Origin: Bacteriovoracia bacterium
GTDB lineage: Bacteria > Bdellovibrionota > UBA1018 > JBFWNL01
Direction: 5' to 3'
DNA length: 64,000 nt
NCBI GenBank assembly: GCA_050251055.1
Contig: JBFWNL010000006.1
Location: 1 to 64,000 of the forward strand
Shown here piece by piece: positions 26,485 through 35,891 of the stretch. The notes beneath the pieces were generated by a model. It did not search any database and was not told where the DNA came from. It saw only the letters and a program-made list of their open reading frames with translations. Numbering within the stretch: position 1 is the stretch's first letter; every line of letters starts with the position of its first letter. Both the position numbers and the translations under genes were made by a program.

Positions 26485-27545
26485 GCGAAAACCTCCCGTA
26501 CGAGCTGCACGAAGCGGCGTACGTTCTCTTCCGGGGTCTTTGGGAGCACTCCGTGCCCTAGGCCGCAGATCCAACCGGCGCGGGCGGACGCCGGTAGCTT
26601 CGCCACCTGGGCGAAGACCGCGCGCAGTTTTGTTTCAAGTTCCGGCCAAGGCAGGAACATCCACTCGGGATCCACGTTGCCTTGGATCGCCCAGTGCTGG
26701 CCCCAGTCCCGGAGCGTAGCCGCCAAATCATTGTGCCAATCAATTCCGAGGCAATGGATGGGTAGGCCCACGAGGTGTCGCCAGTAATCGGCATTCGTAC
26801 CCTTGGAATAGTAAGTGACGAGGGTGTCGGGAGCGCCGCGCTTGAAGGCTTCGAGTACCTTTTGGTTCGCCGGCACGACGAGCTTGCCGTAAAGGTCGGG
26901 GCTGATTTCGCCGCCGCAGGTGTCCAATAGCGCCACGCAATCCGCCCCCGCCCGGGCTTGCAGAAGCATGTTTTCCACGAGCAACGGAATGAGTTTTTCC
27001 AGGAATGGCTCCCAGCGACCATCGGTTAAGGCCGCGCGAGCATCGGAAAGATCCCCCCGGTGGGAGCCGCTAACGGCGTAGAAAAAAAGCGTGAGCGGAC
27101 CGCCGACGAATCCCAGTAGTCCCTTATGCGCCGGCAGGGTCCGGCGAATGAGCTTCATGGCGTCGCCCTGGAACTGCAGGTGTGAGACCAGCTCCGGGCC
27201 TGATCGCAGGCGGCCCACGTCCGCCGCGGATTTGATGTGCCAGCCCAGTTTCGGTCCGGCGTCGCCATATTCGAGTCCCGTTCCCATGACTTCCAACGGA
27301 AAGAGCAAATCAGAAAAGAGAATCGCGGCGTCGAAATCGAAATCGCGGATGGGGCCCATCGTCGTTTCGCAGGCGACTTCGGGCAGCTTGCATAGCTCCA
27401 TGAACGAATAGCGCTTACGGAGATTCTGATAATGCGCATGATAGCGCCCGGCCTGGCGCATGAGCCAGACGGGCGGCGTGCCAGTGGTGTTTTTCTTTTG
27501 GGCCGCGAGGCGGAACAGGTTTTCGGATGGTTTTGGATTGGTCAT
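26481..27545 (-). CDS. hemE: Uroporphyrinogen decarboxylase
   Basis: PVWLMRQAGRY, AILFSDLL, QGNVDP, LGHGVLP. Confidence 0.95.
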   Translation of the reverse strand: MTNPKPSENLFRLAAQKKNTTGTPPVWLMRQAGRYHAHYQNLRKRYSFMELCKLPEVACETTMGPIRDFDFDAAILFSDLLFPLEVMGTGLEYGDAGPKLGWHIKSAADVGRLRSGPELVSHLQFQGDAMKLIRRTLPAHKGLLGFVGGPLTLFFYAVSGSHRGDLSDARAALTDGRWEPFLEKLIPLLVENMLLQARAGADCVALLDTCGGEISPDLYGKLVVPANQKVLEAFKRGAPDTLVTYYSKGTNADYWRHLVGLPIHCLGIDWHNDLAATLRDWGQHWAIQGNVDPEWMFLPWPELETKLRAVFAQVAKLPASARAGWICGLGHGVLPKTPEENVRRFVQLVREVFA

Positions 27546-28237
27546 ATCAGTTGGTATCCCACGCCGCGCACGCTCTTGATGGCGACCGGATTTTCCGGAT
27601 CAATCTCCACGATTTTTCGCAGTTTCAAGACGAAATTATCCACCGTGCGCGAGGTCGGGAACTCGTTCTCCGACCAGACGAAGTTTAGAATTTCGTCGCG
27701 GCTTACGACTTTTCCACGGCGTTCGGCTAGGAACTTCAGCAGCGCGCACTCCTTGTGGGTCAAGGGATGGGTTTCCTTGCCCACGTGGGCTTCGAATTTC
27801 GAAAAATGGATGGTGGCGCGGCCGATGACCGCGGCTTCTTCGGTGCCGGGCAGGTCGGAGAAAAATTTCGCGCGCTTGAGGGCGTTTTGTATGCGTAGTA
27901 ACAGCTCCTTGAAATGGAAGGGCTTGACGACGTAGTCTTCCGCGCCGAGCTCGAGTCCGCGGATGCGATCGTCCGGGTTGGCGAACGCCGTGAGAAAGAT
28001 GATGGCGGTTCCCTTGCTTTGCTGACGGACGATTTTCGCGAGATCGAAGCCGGATCCGTCGGGCAGGCCCACGTCGAGCAGCGCCAGCTGGAACTTGCGC
28101 TGGCTTACCTCGTGATGGGCTTCGGCAAAGGTTTTGGCCCAAGCGATGTCGAAGCCTTCCTGTTTCAGGCGCTCTACCAGCGTCGAGCCCACGTTTTTTT
28201 CGTCTTCCACGATGAGCAGTTTCACGGCATCAGCCAT
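27542..28237 (-). CDS. OmpR-family response regulator (HemR-like)
   Basis: LLIVEDE, LLDVGLPDGSG, DYVVKPF, winged helix RTVDNFVLKLR...VRGVGY. Confidence 0.92.
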   Translation of the reverse strand: MADAVKLLIVEDEKNVGSTLVERLKQEGFDIAWAKTFAEAHHEVSQRKFQLALLDVGLPDGSGFDLAKIVRQQSKGTAIIFLTAFANPDDRIRGLELGAEDYVVKPFHFKELLLRIQNALKRAKFFSDLPGTEEAAVIGRATIHFSKFEAHVGKETHPLTHKECALLKFLAERRGKVVSRDEILNFVWSENEFPTSRTVDNFVLKLRKIVEIDPENPVAIKSVRGVGYQLI

Positions 28238-29195
28238 GGCTTTCTCCGTTGTGCAGTGAAATGTCGGCTTGAAACCCGCGGTGGCCGGCGGCATCGGCGC
28301 GCGTGTTCGCCCGCCGCCGTTCGAATGAGATCTTTCCCTTCATCTTTTCAACGAGATTCTTGCTGAGGTAAAGACCCACCCCCGCGCCCTGGGATTGGGC
28401 GCCTTTGTGGAAAAGCTTCCCGAGCTCGGCGCCTTCGGCGCCGATGCCTACGCCATCGTCCTCAAAATGAATTTTCACGAGGCCGTTGGATTGTTTCACC
28501 CGGATTTGTACCAATACTGGCGAGCGACCGGAGTGGCGGATGGAATTCTCCACCAAGTTTTTGAGCACGATCTGCAGCGCATTCGGATCGGCGTAGAGAT
28601 GGCAATCGTCCACGTCCACTTCCAGCCGGATGGAGTCAGTGTACATCTCACGCCAGCCCTGAACGAGACGGTCGAGCCAAGGTCTCACGCGAAAGACTTG
28701 ATTGAATAGGGCGCCACCGCCCTCCACGCGCGCGAGCTCGAGCGTGCGCTCCACCTGGGACTCCAGGCGGCTCGTGTCCTCGAGTAGACGCCGGGCAAGA
28801 TTGCGCTGGGGGCTGTCGGCCGCCACCCCATCGGCGATGGATTCGGATTGCAGGCGGATGCTGGTCAGCGGGGTTTTTAGTTCATGGGTGACGGAAGCGA
28901 AAAACGCCTCGAGCGAACGCGAGCGCCGCACATCGCGCCAGTAGTACCAAATCAATCCGCCCGATACGAGCAGGAGGAGCGCGATGAAGGTGGCCGACTC
29001 CCAAAAGAGCATTCGCTGGGTTTTCGCCCACTGGTGATTGGCAATATCGGTGGCGATGCCGGCCAAGGCTTCGAGCTCGGCGATACGCTGGGCTTGGCGC
29101 CACATCACGTAACCCCACCACGCCGAAAGCACGCATAGGATCCCCAGCCACGCGAGCTGCAGGATAAACATGGTGCGGAGGCGAGGTTGCTTCAT
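28230..29195 (-). CDS. Sensor histidine kinase (HemK-like)
   Basis: Two TM helices, THELKTPL H-box, NLVENS N-box, DDGVG, GAGVGL. Confidence 0.92.
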   Translation of the reverse strand: MKQPRLRTMFILQLAWLGILCVLSAWWGYVMWRQAQRIAELEALAGIATDIANHQWAKTQRMLFWESATFIALLLLVSGGLIWYYWRDVRRSRSLEAFFASVTHELKTPLTSIRLQSESIADGVAADSPQRNLARRLLEDTSRLESQVERTLELARVEGGGALFNQVFRVRPWLDRLVQGWREMYTDSIRLEVDVDDCHLYADPNALQIVLKNLVENSIRHSGRSPVLVQIRVKQSNGLVKIHFEDDGVGIGAEGAELGKLFHKGAQSQGAGVGLYLSKNLVEKMKGKISFERRRANTRADAAGHRGFQADISLHNGESHG

Positions 29196-29203
29196 GTTTT
29201 GCC

Positions 29204-30499
29204 TTAGGCGCCCTTCTTTAGGTAGTTTTCGAGGGTAGCGAGGAACTGATCCACGTCGCGGGGGGCGTGGGGGGTCGCTAAAAACCCGACTTCGTAACCG
29301 CTCGGGGCTAGGTAGATTCCCTGGTCCAGGAAGTAGTGAAAGAGCTTCGCGAAGCGTTCTTTCTGCGCGCCGGGAATGGCTTCGATCGCGCGGACGGTGT
29401 CGCCTTGACGGGCGGCGACCATCCAGAACATCGAGCTCTCCGATTGCGCCCGCAGCTCGGCGCCGTAACGAGCGGCCAAGTTGTTGATGCCTTTCTCCAG
29501 GCTCTCGGTCAGCGAGCGCAGGCGGGCATAGGGGTTCTCGCGCTTTAGCTTCTTCAACGTGGCGAGCCCCGCGCACATGGCGACGGGGTTCGCGCTCAGG
29601 GTACCCGCCTGGTAGACGGCGCCCACGGGGGCCACGTGATCCATCAGGTCCGCCCGGCCGGCGTAAGCTCCGACGGGAAATCCTCCGCCGATGATTTTAC
29701 CGTAAGTCACCAGGTCCGGCACGATGCCGGTCACTTCGGCCATGCCGCCGAGAGCCGTGCGGAACCCGGTGATGACTTCGTCGAAGATCAAAAGCGCCCC
29801 GTTTTGCTTGCAGAGTTCGGCGAGCTTTTTCAAAAAGCCCGGGGTCTGCGGCAGTAGCCCATTATTGGCGGGAATAGGCTCCACGATCACGGCCGCGAGT
29901 TCTTTCCCGTGCTGGGCGAAAATCTTCTCTAAGGCGACGGGTTGGTTCAACGGCGCGACGAGGGTGTCTTTGGCGCAGCCTTCGGTGACGCCCGCGCTGT
30001 CGGGACTCGCCATTTCGGCCAAGCCCGAGCCCGCGCGCACCAGCATGGAGTCGGCGTGACCGTGATAGCACCCGTCGAACTTGAGAATCTTACTACGGCC
30101 GGTAGCGCCGCGGGCCACGCGTAGGGCCGACATCACGGCCTCGGTTCCGGAGTTCACGAAGCGGACTTTTTTTACGTGCGGTAGGTGCTGGGTCATCCAT
30201 TCCGCTAGTTCGAGCGAGTAGGGTTCGGCCGCGCCATATGTCCAGCCCCGGTTGATGGCCGAATGTACGGCCTCGGCGACATCGGGGTCCTGGTGGCCCA
30301 GGATGAGCGGGCCCCACGATAAGCAGTAATCGGTGTAAGTCTTTCCTTCCACGTCGGTGATCTGCACGCCCTTGGCGCCTTGGATGAAACGGGGGTGTCC
30401 GCCGACGCCGCGAAAGCCGCGCACGGGCGAATGCACGCCGCCTGGGGAGACCGCTTTGGCGCGTTCGAATAACTTCAAGGAGTCCATTTTTGTCGTCAT
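29204..30499 (-). CDS. hemL: Glutamate-1-semialdehyde 2,1-aminomutase
   Basis: PGGVHSPVR, SWGPLILGH, NSGTEA, FDEVITGFR, GKIIGGG, QAGTLS. Confidence 0.96.
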   Translation of the reverse strand: MTTKMDSLKLFERAKAVSPGGVHSPVRGFRGVGGHPRFIQGAKGVQITDVEGKTYTDYCLSWGPLILGHQDPDVAEAVHSAINRGWTYGAAEPYSLELAEWMTQHLPHVKKVRFVNSGTEAVMSALRVARGATGRSKILKFDGCYHGHADSMLVRAGSGLAEMASPDSAGVTEGCAKDTLVAPLNQPVALEKIFAQHGKELAAVIVEPIPANNGLLPQTPGFLKKLAELCKQNGALLIFDEVITGFRTALGGMAEVTGIVPDLVTYGKIIGGGFPVGAYAGRADLMDHVAPVGAVYQAGTLSANPVAMCAGLATLKKLKRENPYARLRSLTESLEKGINNLAARYGAELRAQSESSMFWMVAARQGDTVRAIEAIPGAQKERFAKLFHYFLDQGIYLAPSGYEVGFLATPHAPRDVDQFLATLENYLKKGA

Positions 30500-30504
30500 T
30501 TTAT

Positions 30505-31515
30505 CTATTCCTCTAACCATTTTTTCGCTTCGCGCGCGCCGTAGGTGATGATCATCTGCGCGCCGGCACGCCGGAACGCCGTCCACGCTTCCACGTGCGC
30601 GGCCGGCCCCGTCATTAGGCCTTGCTTTGCCAGTAGCTCGATCGCGGCATACTCTCCGCTCACTTCGTAAACCGCCCACGGCAGTCGAATCTCCTGCGAC
30701 AGCCTTGCCAGCATATCGAGATACGGTAACCCCGGTTTCACCATCAAAATATCGGCGCCCTCCTGGGCGTCCCGCCAGGAGCTGGCCACCGCATCCGTCG
30801 GGCGTCCCGGATCGATTTGATAAGTCGCGCGGTCTTTTAGCCCGCCGCCTTTCGGTGCCGAGTCCGCGGCCACGCGGAAGGGTCCGTAAAACTTCGAATG
30901 AAACTTGGCTGAATAGCTCATGACGAGGGTTCGTTCGAGGCCGGCGCCGTCAAGCGCGCCGCGGATCGCGCCCACGCGGCCATCCATCATGTCGCTCGGG
31001 GCGACGCAATCGGCGCCCGCCTGCGCGTACTCCAGAGCCTGGCGTGCGAGCTCTTCCACGGTCGCGGAATTCTCCAGGTGATCGCCCTCGGCGTTCAGGA
31101 TGCCGCATTGCCCGTGGGTCGTGGCTGAGCACAGGCACACGTCCACGCCGATCCAAATGTCTTTTCCGAAACGCTGGCGCAGGGCCGCGATCTGGGTGGC
31201 GGTGAACGAAAAATCAAACTCCTCCGGGCGCTTGTCCCTGGGTACGCCGAAAACGAGGAACTTCGACACGCCTTGCTCGAGGTCGGCCTCCACCTGTTTG
31301 AGTAAGCTGTTCGGCGTCTCGCGGTTCACGCCAGTAAGCCCCGGCACGGATTCGGGCGATTTCAGGCCGTCGACGACGAAGCAGGGTTGAATCATCTGCT
31401 TTACGGTGGGTTGGTGTTCGCGCGCGAGCTCCCGAATCAACGGAGACTGCCGAAGTCGGCGCAGACTCATCGGGAATCGGTTCGGATTACCAGGATTACT
31501 CTTTGCATCACTCAT
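30505..31515 (-). CDS. hemB: Porphobilinogen synthase
   Basis: DVCLCSATTHGQCG zinc ligands, APSDMMDGR, SYSAKF, YGPFR, MVKP, YEVSGEY. Confidence 0.95.
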   Translation of the reverse strand: MSDAKSNPGNPNRFPMSLRRLRQSPLIRELAREHQPTVKQMIQPCFVVDGLKSPESVPGLTGVNRETPNSLLKQVEADLEQGVSKFLVFGVPRDKRPEEFDFSFTATQIAALRQRFGKDIWIGVDVCLCSATTHGQCGILNAEGDHLENSATVEELARQALEYAQAGADCVAPSDMMDGRVGAIRGALDGAGLERTLVMSYSAKFHSKFYGPFRVAADSAPKGGGLKDRATYQIDPGRPTDAVASSWRDAQEGADILMVKPGLPYLDMLARLSQEIRLPWAVYEVSGEYAAIELLAKQGLMTGPAAHVEAWTAFRRAGAQMIITYGAREAKKWLEE

Positions 31516-33088
31516 GGCTGGACACCCACTTTCTCCATTCTTCCACCGAGGGAAACACCAGGGCGGGCACCGACGCGTCGGCCAAGGTCTCGGCGGTTTG
31601 TCCGGGGCCGCAGGCGTGGACGGCGTTCTTCGCGCATTTGCTTCGTAGAGCCCTGAACTGCGAGCCGCTACCCCAAAACACATGCTTCGCTTGGCCGAGG
31701 GACGCGATCGCCGCGTCGTTCGCGTGCGTGGTATCCACGTGGTAGGTCGGGATCACGTGGGAGCCTGGCCAAGCCGTACCCCAGCTGTCGGCCGCGTCGT
31801 CGTGCGTGAGGACCACCCAATGCGAGGCCGCGGGCATCGACAACACCGGCTGCTCGAGTAGCGGGCGCAGGAAATCAAAGCCCATTTGCTCGGCCGAGCC
31901 ATTGACCCAGTAACCCAGCTCCGCGAGGCGAAACCAGCTCGGGGTGCCAGAGGTAAAAAAGAAAAGTTCTTCGGGATGTGGCCAAGTAACCGGCCATGGC
32001 TGCGGCATCGCGCGCGAGTGGGCGACGAAAACCGCACCGGCTTTCCAGCCGGTGTCCCAATGTCGAAGATCCGTTAGGCGGTTTTCGCCCATGGACTTGG
32101 CTCGCGCCTGCGTGCCGTCCCAGCTCACCCCCCCAGCCTCCCGCGCGGGTGGCGCCGGCCAGCGGACTTCGTCGCAGGGCTCTCCGTTGGATTTTTTCCC
32201 TTGGATATAAAGGATGTTCCCGAGCCGCGCGTGCGCCACTGCGGAAGCGCCGAAGCGCTGGTGGCAGCCACCGCCGTATTGCGCGAGTACCGCGCGTTCG
32301 CGACTTACTTCCTGCTCGGTGGGGACGTGATGAATCTTCCGCAGCATCGCCCAGGTGGCGTCGTCGTCCGCCCGGCATTCGATGGCGAGCGCGCCTTGCG
32401 CCGGCGCGGTCGGATTCTCCTTCAGCGGCAGCACCATCCAGCGCAAGCCGCGCAGTAATTCGGAAAGCTCCCGGCGCCCGGCCTCGTCCGCCCAGAGGCG
32501 CGCCAATCCCGCGAGCGCGAGCACCACGCCGTCCAGCGCGCGCGGCGAGCTAGACGGTTCACGCACGCGCCGTAACCGGGTGTTGACGTTGCCGCGGATC
32601 TCTTCGAAAGCTAAAAGCGGCGGCGTCCCCGTCGATCCACCTGTGCTGAAACGAGGAAGCGCCTGGCGTAAAAACGGCGGGATATTCTCCAATCGCCGCG
32701 GGGAAGAAGTGCCGATCTGCAGGGTTTCGCCGGCGCGGAGCTTTTCCATGACCTCGGGGCGGAACAAAACGATGTCGCGCGAGTTTTCGCGCTGGGGGAT
32801 CGCGCCCAGCCGAATCGCCGTCGGACGCTCCAAGCTTAGGTCCTTCATGGAGTGCACGGTGAAGTCGACCTCGCCGCGAGTAAGTGCCTGGTCGAGTTCG
32901 GCCACGAAGAACTCCTTGCCCTCAACCTGGCGCAACGGCACGTCGACGATGCGGTCGCCTTGCGTCTCAATGCCCACGAGTTCCACGGAGGTGGCGGGGT
33001 TTGCCCGCTCGATTTCTCTCGCCACCCAGGCGCTTTGCGCCATCGCCAGGAGCGAGCGGCGGGTACCGAGTTTCAACTTTTTCGTCAT
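31508..33088 (-). CDS. hemC: Hydroxymethylbilane synthase with C-terminal HemD-like extension
   Basis: GTRRSLLA, VHSMKDL, GTSSPRR, IRGNVNTRL, GGGCH; about 200 extra C-terminal residues. Confidence 0.88.
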   Translation of the reverse strand: MTKKLKLGTRRSLLAMAQSAWVAREIERANPATSVELVGIETQGDRIVDVPLRQVEGKEFFVAELDQALTRGEVDFTVHSMKDLSLERPTAIRLGAIPQRENSRDIVLFRPEVMEKLRAGETLQIGTSSPRRLENIPPFLRQALPRFSTGGSTGTPPLLAFEEIRGNVNTRLRRVREPSSSPRALDGVVLALAGLARLWADEAGRRELSELLRGLRWMVLPLKENPTAPAQGALAIECRADDDATWAMLRKIHHVPTEQEVSRERAVLAQYGGGCHQRFGASAVAHARLGNILYIQGKKSNGEPCDEVRWPAPPAREAGGVSWDGTQARAKSMGENRLTDLRHWDTGWKAGAVFVAHSRAMPQPWPVTWPHPEELFFFTSGTPSWFRLAELGYWVNGSAEQMGFDFLRPLLEQPVLSMPAASHWVVLTHDDAADSWGTAWPGSHVIPTYHVDTTHANDAAIASLGQAKHVFWGSGSQFRALRSKCAKNAVHACGPGQTAETLADASVPALVFPSVEEWRKWVSSHE

Positions 33089-33112
33089 TTCTTTACTGTC
33101 CTGAGTATCCAG

Positions 33113-34078
33113 TTATCCAAACGCGGCCAGGTCTTCCCAGCCGTGGGGAAGATTAGCCGAATCGCCGGCCGCCAAGAAGCGCAATTTCGCGCGTTCGGCG
33201 CAGGCGGCGAGCGCCTTTTGGACGCGCTGGGACTTCGCCGAGTGCAGTGAGTTTTGCAGGGCAAACAGATCGTCGATCGAAAGGAAGCGGGTGACGGGCG
33301 ACCAAACCGCTTTCTCGGCCGCGGCGCAGCCAAGGTGGAGCACCGTGCCCATGAACTCGCCCAGGCCTTCGGCGCGCGCCTGGTCGGCCTGCGCGTCATG
33401 AGGAATGCAGAGCAGGGCATGGCCGCTTTGCTCCCAGCCGTCCTTTTCGTCTTCCACGACTGAAACCCTGGCTTGGGGCTGGAGGCTCTTTACTTTCTCC
33501 GCCAGCGCGAAGGCTTTATCCAAGCTGCGATTCCAGATCACGAGCTCGTGCTCCAGTAGATAGGGCACGACCGAATACGCGATTTTTCCCGCGCCTAGAA
33601 TAAAAAGTTTGCCCTCGCTCGGCGCGGGCAACGCTTTGCGCACGAGCGTGCCGTAGGATCCTCCGCCCAGGCCTTGCAGATGAGTAGAACGAATCTCCTT
33701 CGTGTCTTCGAATAGCCGTTGCATGCGCGGGCGCAGATCGGTCAAAACGACGTGTGATTGGCAGGGAACCGGGCGGGTGTGTATTTTCTCGAATTTCGCC
33801 CAGGCTTCCTTGATTTGGCCGAAGATATCGGTTTCGCCGATGACGGCGCTTTCGAGTCCGCACGCGATGCGCAGCAAGAAATCGTAGGCGGCTTCGCCCT
33901 CGAAGAGATCGAAGCCTTCGAAACCCTCCGCGAGCCTGCGTGCGAGCAAAGGGTCGTTGCCCAGCCAGAAGTAACGCTGGCACGTATCGACGAAAAAAAG
34001 CCCGTGCGTGCCTAAATTTAAAGGACGTGCTTCTTGATTCTTGCGATAATGGAGAAGCACGAACTTGGAATCAGCCAT
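33113..34078 (-). CDS. hemA: Glutamyl-tRNA reductase (short form)
   Basis: DTCQR catalytic Cys, CGLESAVIGETDIFGQIK, ILGAGKIA, WNRS; first gene of hem operon. Confidence 0.85.
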   Translation of the reverse strand: MADSKFVLLHYRKNQEARPLNLGTHGLFFVDTCQRYFWLGNDPLLARRLAEGFEGFDLFEGEAAYDFLLRIACGLESAVIGETDIFGQIKEAWAKFEKIHTRPVPCQSHVVLTDLRPRMQRLFEDTKEIRSTHLQGLGGGSYGTLVRKALPAPSEGKLFILGAGKIAYSVVPYLLEHELVIWNRSLDKAFALAEKVKSLQPQARVSVVEDEKDGWEQSGHALLCIPHDAQADQARAEGLGEFMGTVLHLGCAAAEKAVWSPVTRFLSIDDLFALQNSLHSAKSQRVQKALAACAERAKLRFLAAGDSANLPHGWEDLAAFG

Positions 34079-34084
34079 GCTCTT

Positions 34085-34125
34085 AGTGTACGTAATCCAG
34101 GTTTTCATTTGTCACCCAAAAGTCA
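34085..34125 (-). promoter_or_regulatory. hemA promoter with HemR-type box
   Basis: Minus strand TGACT-TTTGGG-TGACA (34125-34110) at the -35 position; TACACT -10 at 34090-34085, 6 nt before ATG. Confidence 0.65.
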
Positions 34126-34132
34126 CCGCGCC

Positions 34133-34876
34133 ATGAATGACAACATATTGAAATTAAAAAGAATTTTAGCTTACACCGACGGCTCCGCCCTCGGAAATCC
34201 CGGTCCCGGGGGGTGGGGCGTGCTTTGCGTGTTGCCGACGGGCGAGGTGATCGAGCGCGGGGGATCTGAGCGCATCACCACGAACAACCGGATGGAGCTA
34301 AAGGCGGCGATCGAGACGTTGATCGCGGTGGCCGAAGTTCCCGGTCCGGTGGAGATCCTCACCGATTCAAAATACCTGATTGAGGGTTCCACGCGCTGGA
34401 TTTTTTCGTGGCGTAGGCGCGGGTGGAAAACGATGGAAGGCCAGCCGGTGGCTAACCGGGAATTGTGGGAGCAGCTGGGCGAGCTGATCGCCGGCCGCAC
34501 CGCGGGGCTCACCTGGACGCACGTCGATGCCCACCGCGGCGTGCCCGGCAACGAGCGCGTGGATCAAATCGCGCAAGGCTTCGCGGCGGACAATCACGTG
34601 GATCTCTATGCGGGACCGCTCGAGAACTATTCGATCACCCTCGATGACTTATTGAACACCGATCCCCGTCTGCTCAAAAAAACCACGGGCGGATCGAAGA
34701 ACAAAGGACCGGGTTTCTCGTACCTGAGCCTGGTCGATGGTAAGGTCATGCGCCATGCGACGTGGCCCGAATGCGAAGCGCGCGTGAAGGGACGCTCGGG
34801 GGCCAAGTACAAAAAGGCGATGTCGCCGGCCGACGAACAGGAAATCCTGAAGGCCTGGGGCGTCTCGCTTGCCTGA
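34133..34876 (+). CDS. rnhA: Ribonuclease HI with C-terminal hybrid-binding (viroplasmin-like) domain
   Basis: YTDGSALGNPGPGGWG, TTNNRMEL, TDSKY, NRELW, GNERVD; tail TWPECEARVKGRSGAKYKK. Confidence 0.9.
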   Translation: MNDNILKLKRILAYTDGSALGNPGPGGWGVLCVLPTGEVIERGGSERITTNNRMELKAAIETLIAVAEVPGPVEILTDSKYLIEGSTRWIFSWRRRGWKTMEGQPVANRELWEQLGELIAGRTAGLTWTHVDAHRGVPGNERVDQIAQGFAADNHVDLYAGPLENYSITLDDLLNTDPRLLKKTTGGSKNKGPGFSYLSLVDGKVMRHATWPECEARVKGRSGAKYKKAMSPADEQEILKAWGVSLA

Positions 34877-35789
34877 GCCGATTCTCGCGCCGGCCCACCA
34901 AAAACCGTTGAAAGAAGCCGAAAATGCGTGGCGTGCGTTCGGCTGGATGCTGCTCAGCTGCCTGCTGTTCACGGGCATGACGATCGTGGTGAAGGTCATG
35001 CCCACGGGCCTGCCCATCTTCGAAATGGTTTTCTTCCGCCAGCTCATCAGCTTCGCGATCGTGTTTCCCCTGGCCTGGCGAAAGCGCCCCGACTTTTTCC
35101 CCGCTACCGGGAAATCTATTTTATTCATGCGCGGCCTCGCGGGCTTTGTTGGGTTGGCTTGCTTCTTCTTCACCATCCGCCAGTTGCCACTTGCGGCCGC
35201 GAACATGTTCGTGCAGCTCGCCCCGCTCTTCGTGCTGATCTTGTCCGTGATTTTCCTCCAGGAAAAAATCCGCGCGCAGATCTGGCTTTGGTTTTTTCTG
35301 GCGTTCCTGGGTTTGTGCCTGGTGCTCGGCATCGACTTTGGCACTGGCTCGATGCATTGGCCTTGGCTACCGGTCATCGTGGGAACTTTGGGCTCTTGCT
35401 TTTCGGCGGGCGCGTATCTCGCCGTGCGCGCGGCCACCGCGCGTTTCAGTAACTCGCTCATTCTGACTTACTTCTCCGTGACGGGCGCGGTCCTCGCCGT
35501 TCCTCCGATGCTCTGGTACGGATACCGGGTTCCGAGCGCCGCGCAATGGGCGGGCTTGTTTGGGATCGGCGTCTTCGCCACGCTCGCGCAGCTGGCGATG
35601 ACCGAGGCCTATCGCCATGCCCGGGCCTCAAGAGTGGCGCCCATGGGTTTGATGAGTGTGGTTGTTTCTTCGATAGTTGGGTGGCTTACTTTCCAAGAAG
35701 TATTGAATACGGCGCAATGGGTCGGCCTTGGGCTCATCGTGCTCGGGGTGAGCGAGGTAGCGGCCCAGGGAAGTAAGAAAACTAAATAA
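34869..35789 (+). CDS. DMT/EamA family transporter
   Basis: About 10 TM helices with duplicated EamA pattern. Confidence 0.88.
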   Translation: MPEPILAPAHQKPLKEAENAWRAFGWMLLSCLLFTGMTIVVKVMPTGLPIFEMVFFRQLISFAIVFPLAWRKRPDFFPATGKSILFMRGLAGFVGLACFFFTIRQLPLAAANMFVQLAPLFVLILSVIFLQEKIRAQIWLWFFLAFLGLCLVLGIDFGTGSMHWPWLPVIVGTLGSCFSAGAYLAVRAATARFSNSLILTYFSVTGAVLAVPPMLWYGYRVPSAAQWAGLFGIGVFATLAQLAMTEAYRHARASRVAPMGLMSVVVSSIVGWLTFQEVLNTAQWVGLGLIVLGVSEVAAQGSKKTK

Positions 35790-35891
35790 TTTCAATTCAT
35801 TATAAACATAACGCGTAACATTATAATCAGTTATTTGGCGTGATTCTAAACTTATTCTGAAACCCGCGTTAACTTGCGGTATTAAAAGGGG

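Noticed and set aside
28230-31683. Long N-terminal extensions in the ORF track for the kinase, hemL and hemB (similarly hemN, lspA and the ABC genes)
   Set aside because: The extensions overlap the upstream gene in another frame; downstream starts give normal operon coupling
35800-35830. dif site (TATAAACATAA resembles a XerD arm)
   Set aside because: No XerC arm at 6-bp spacing
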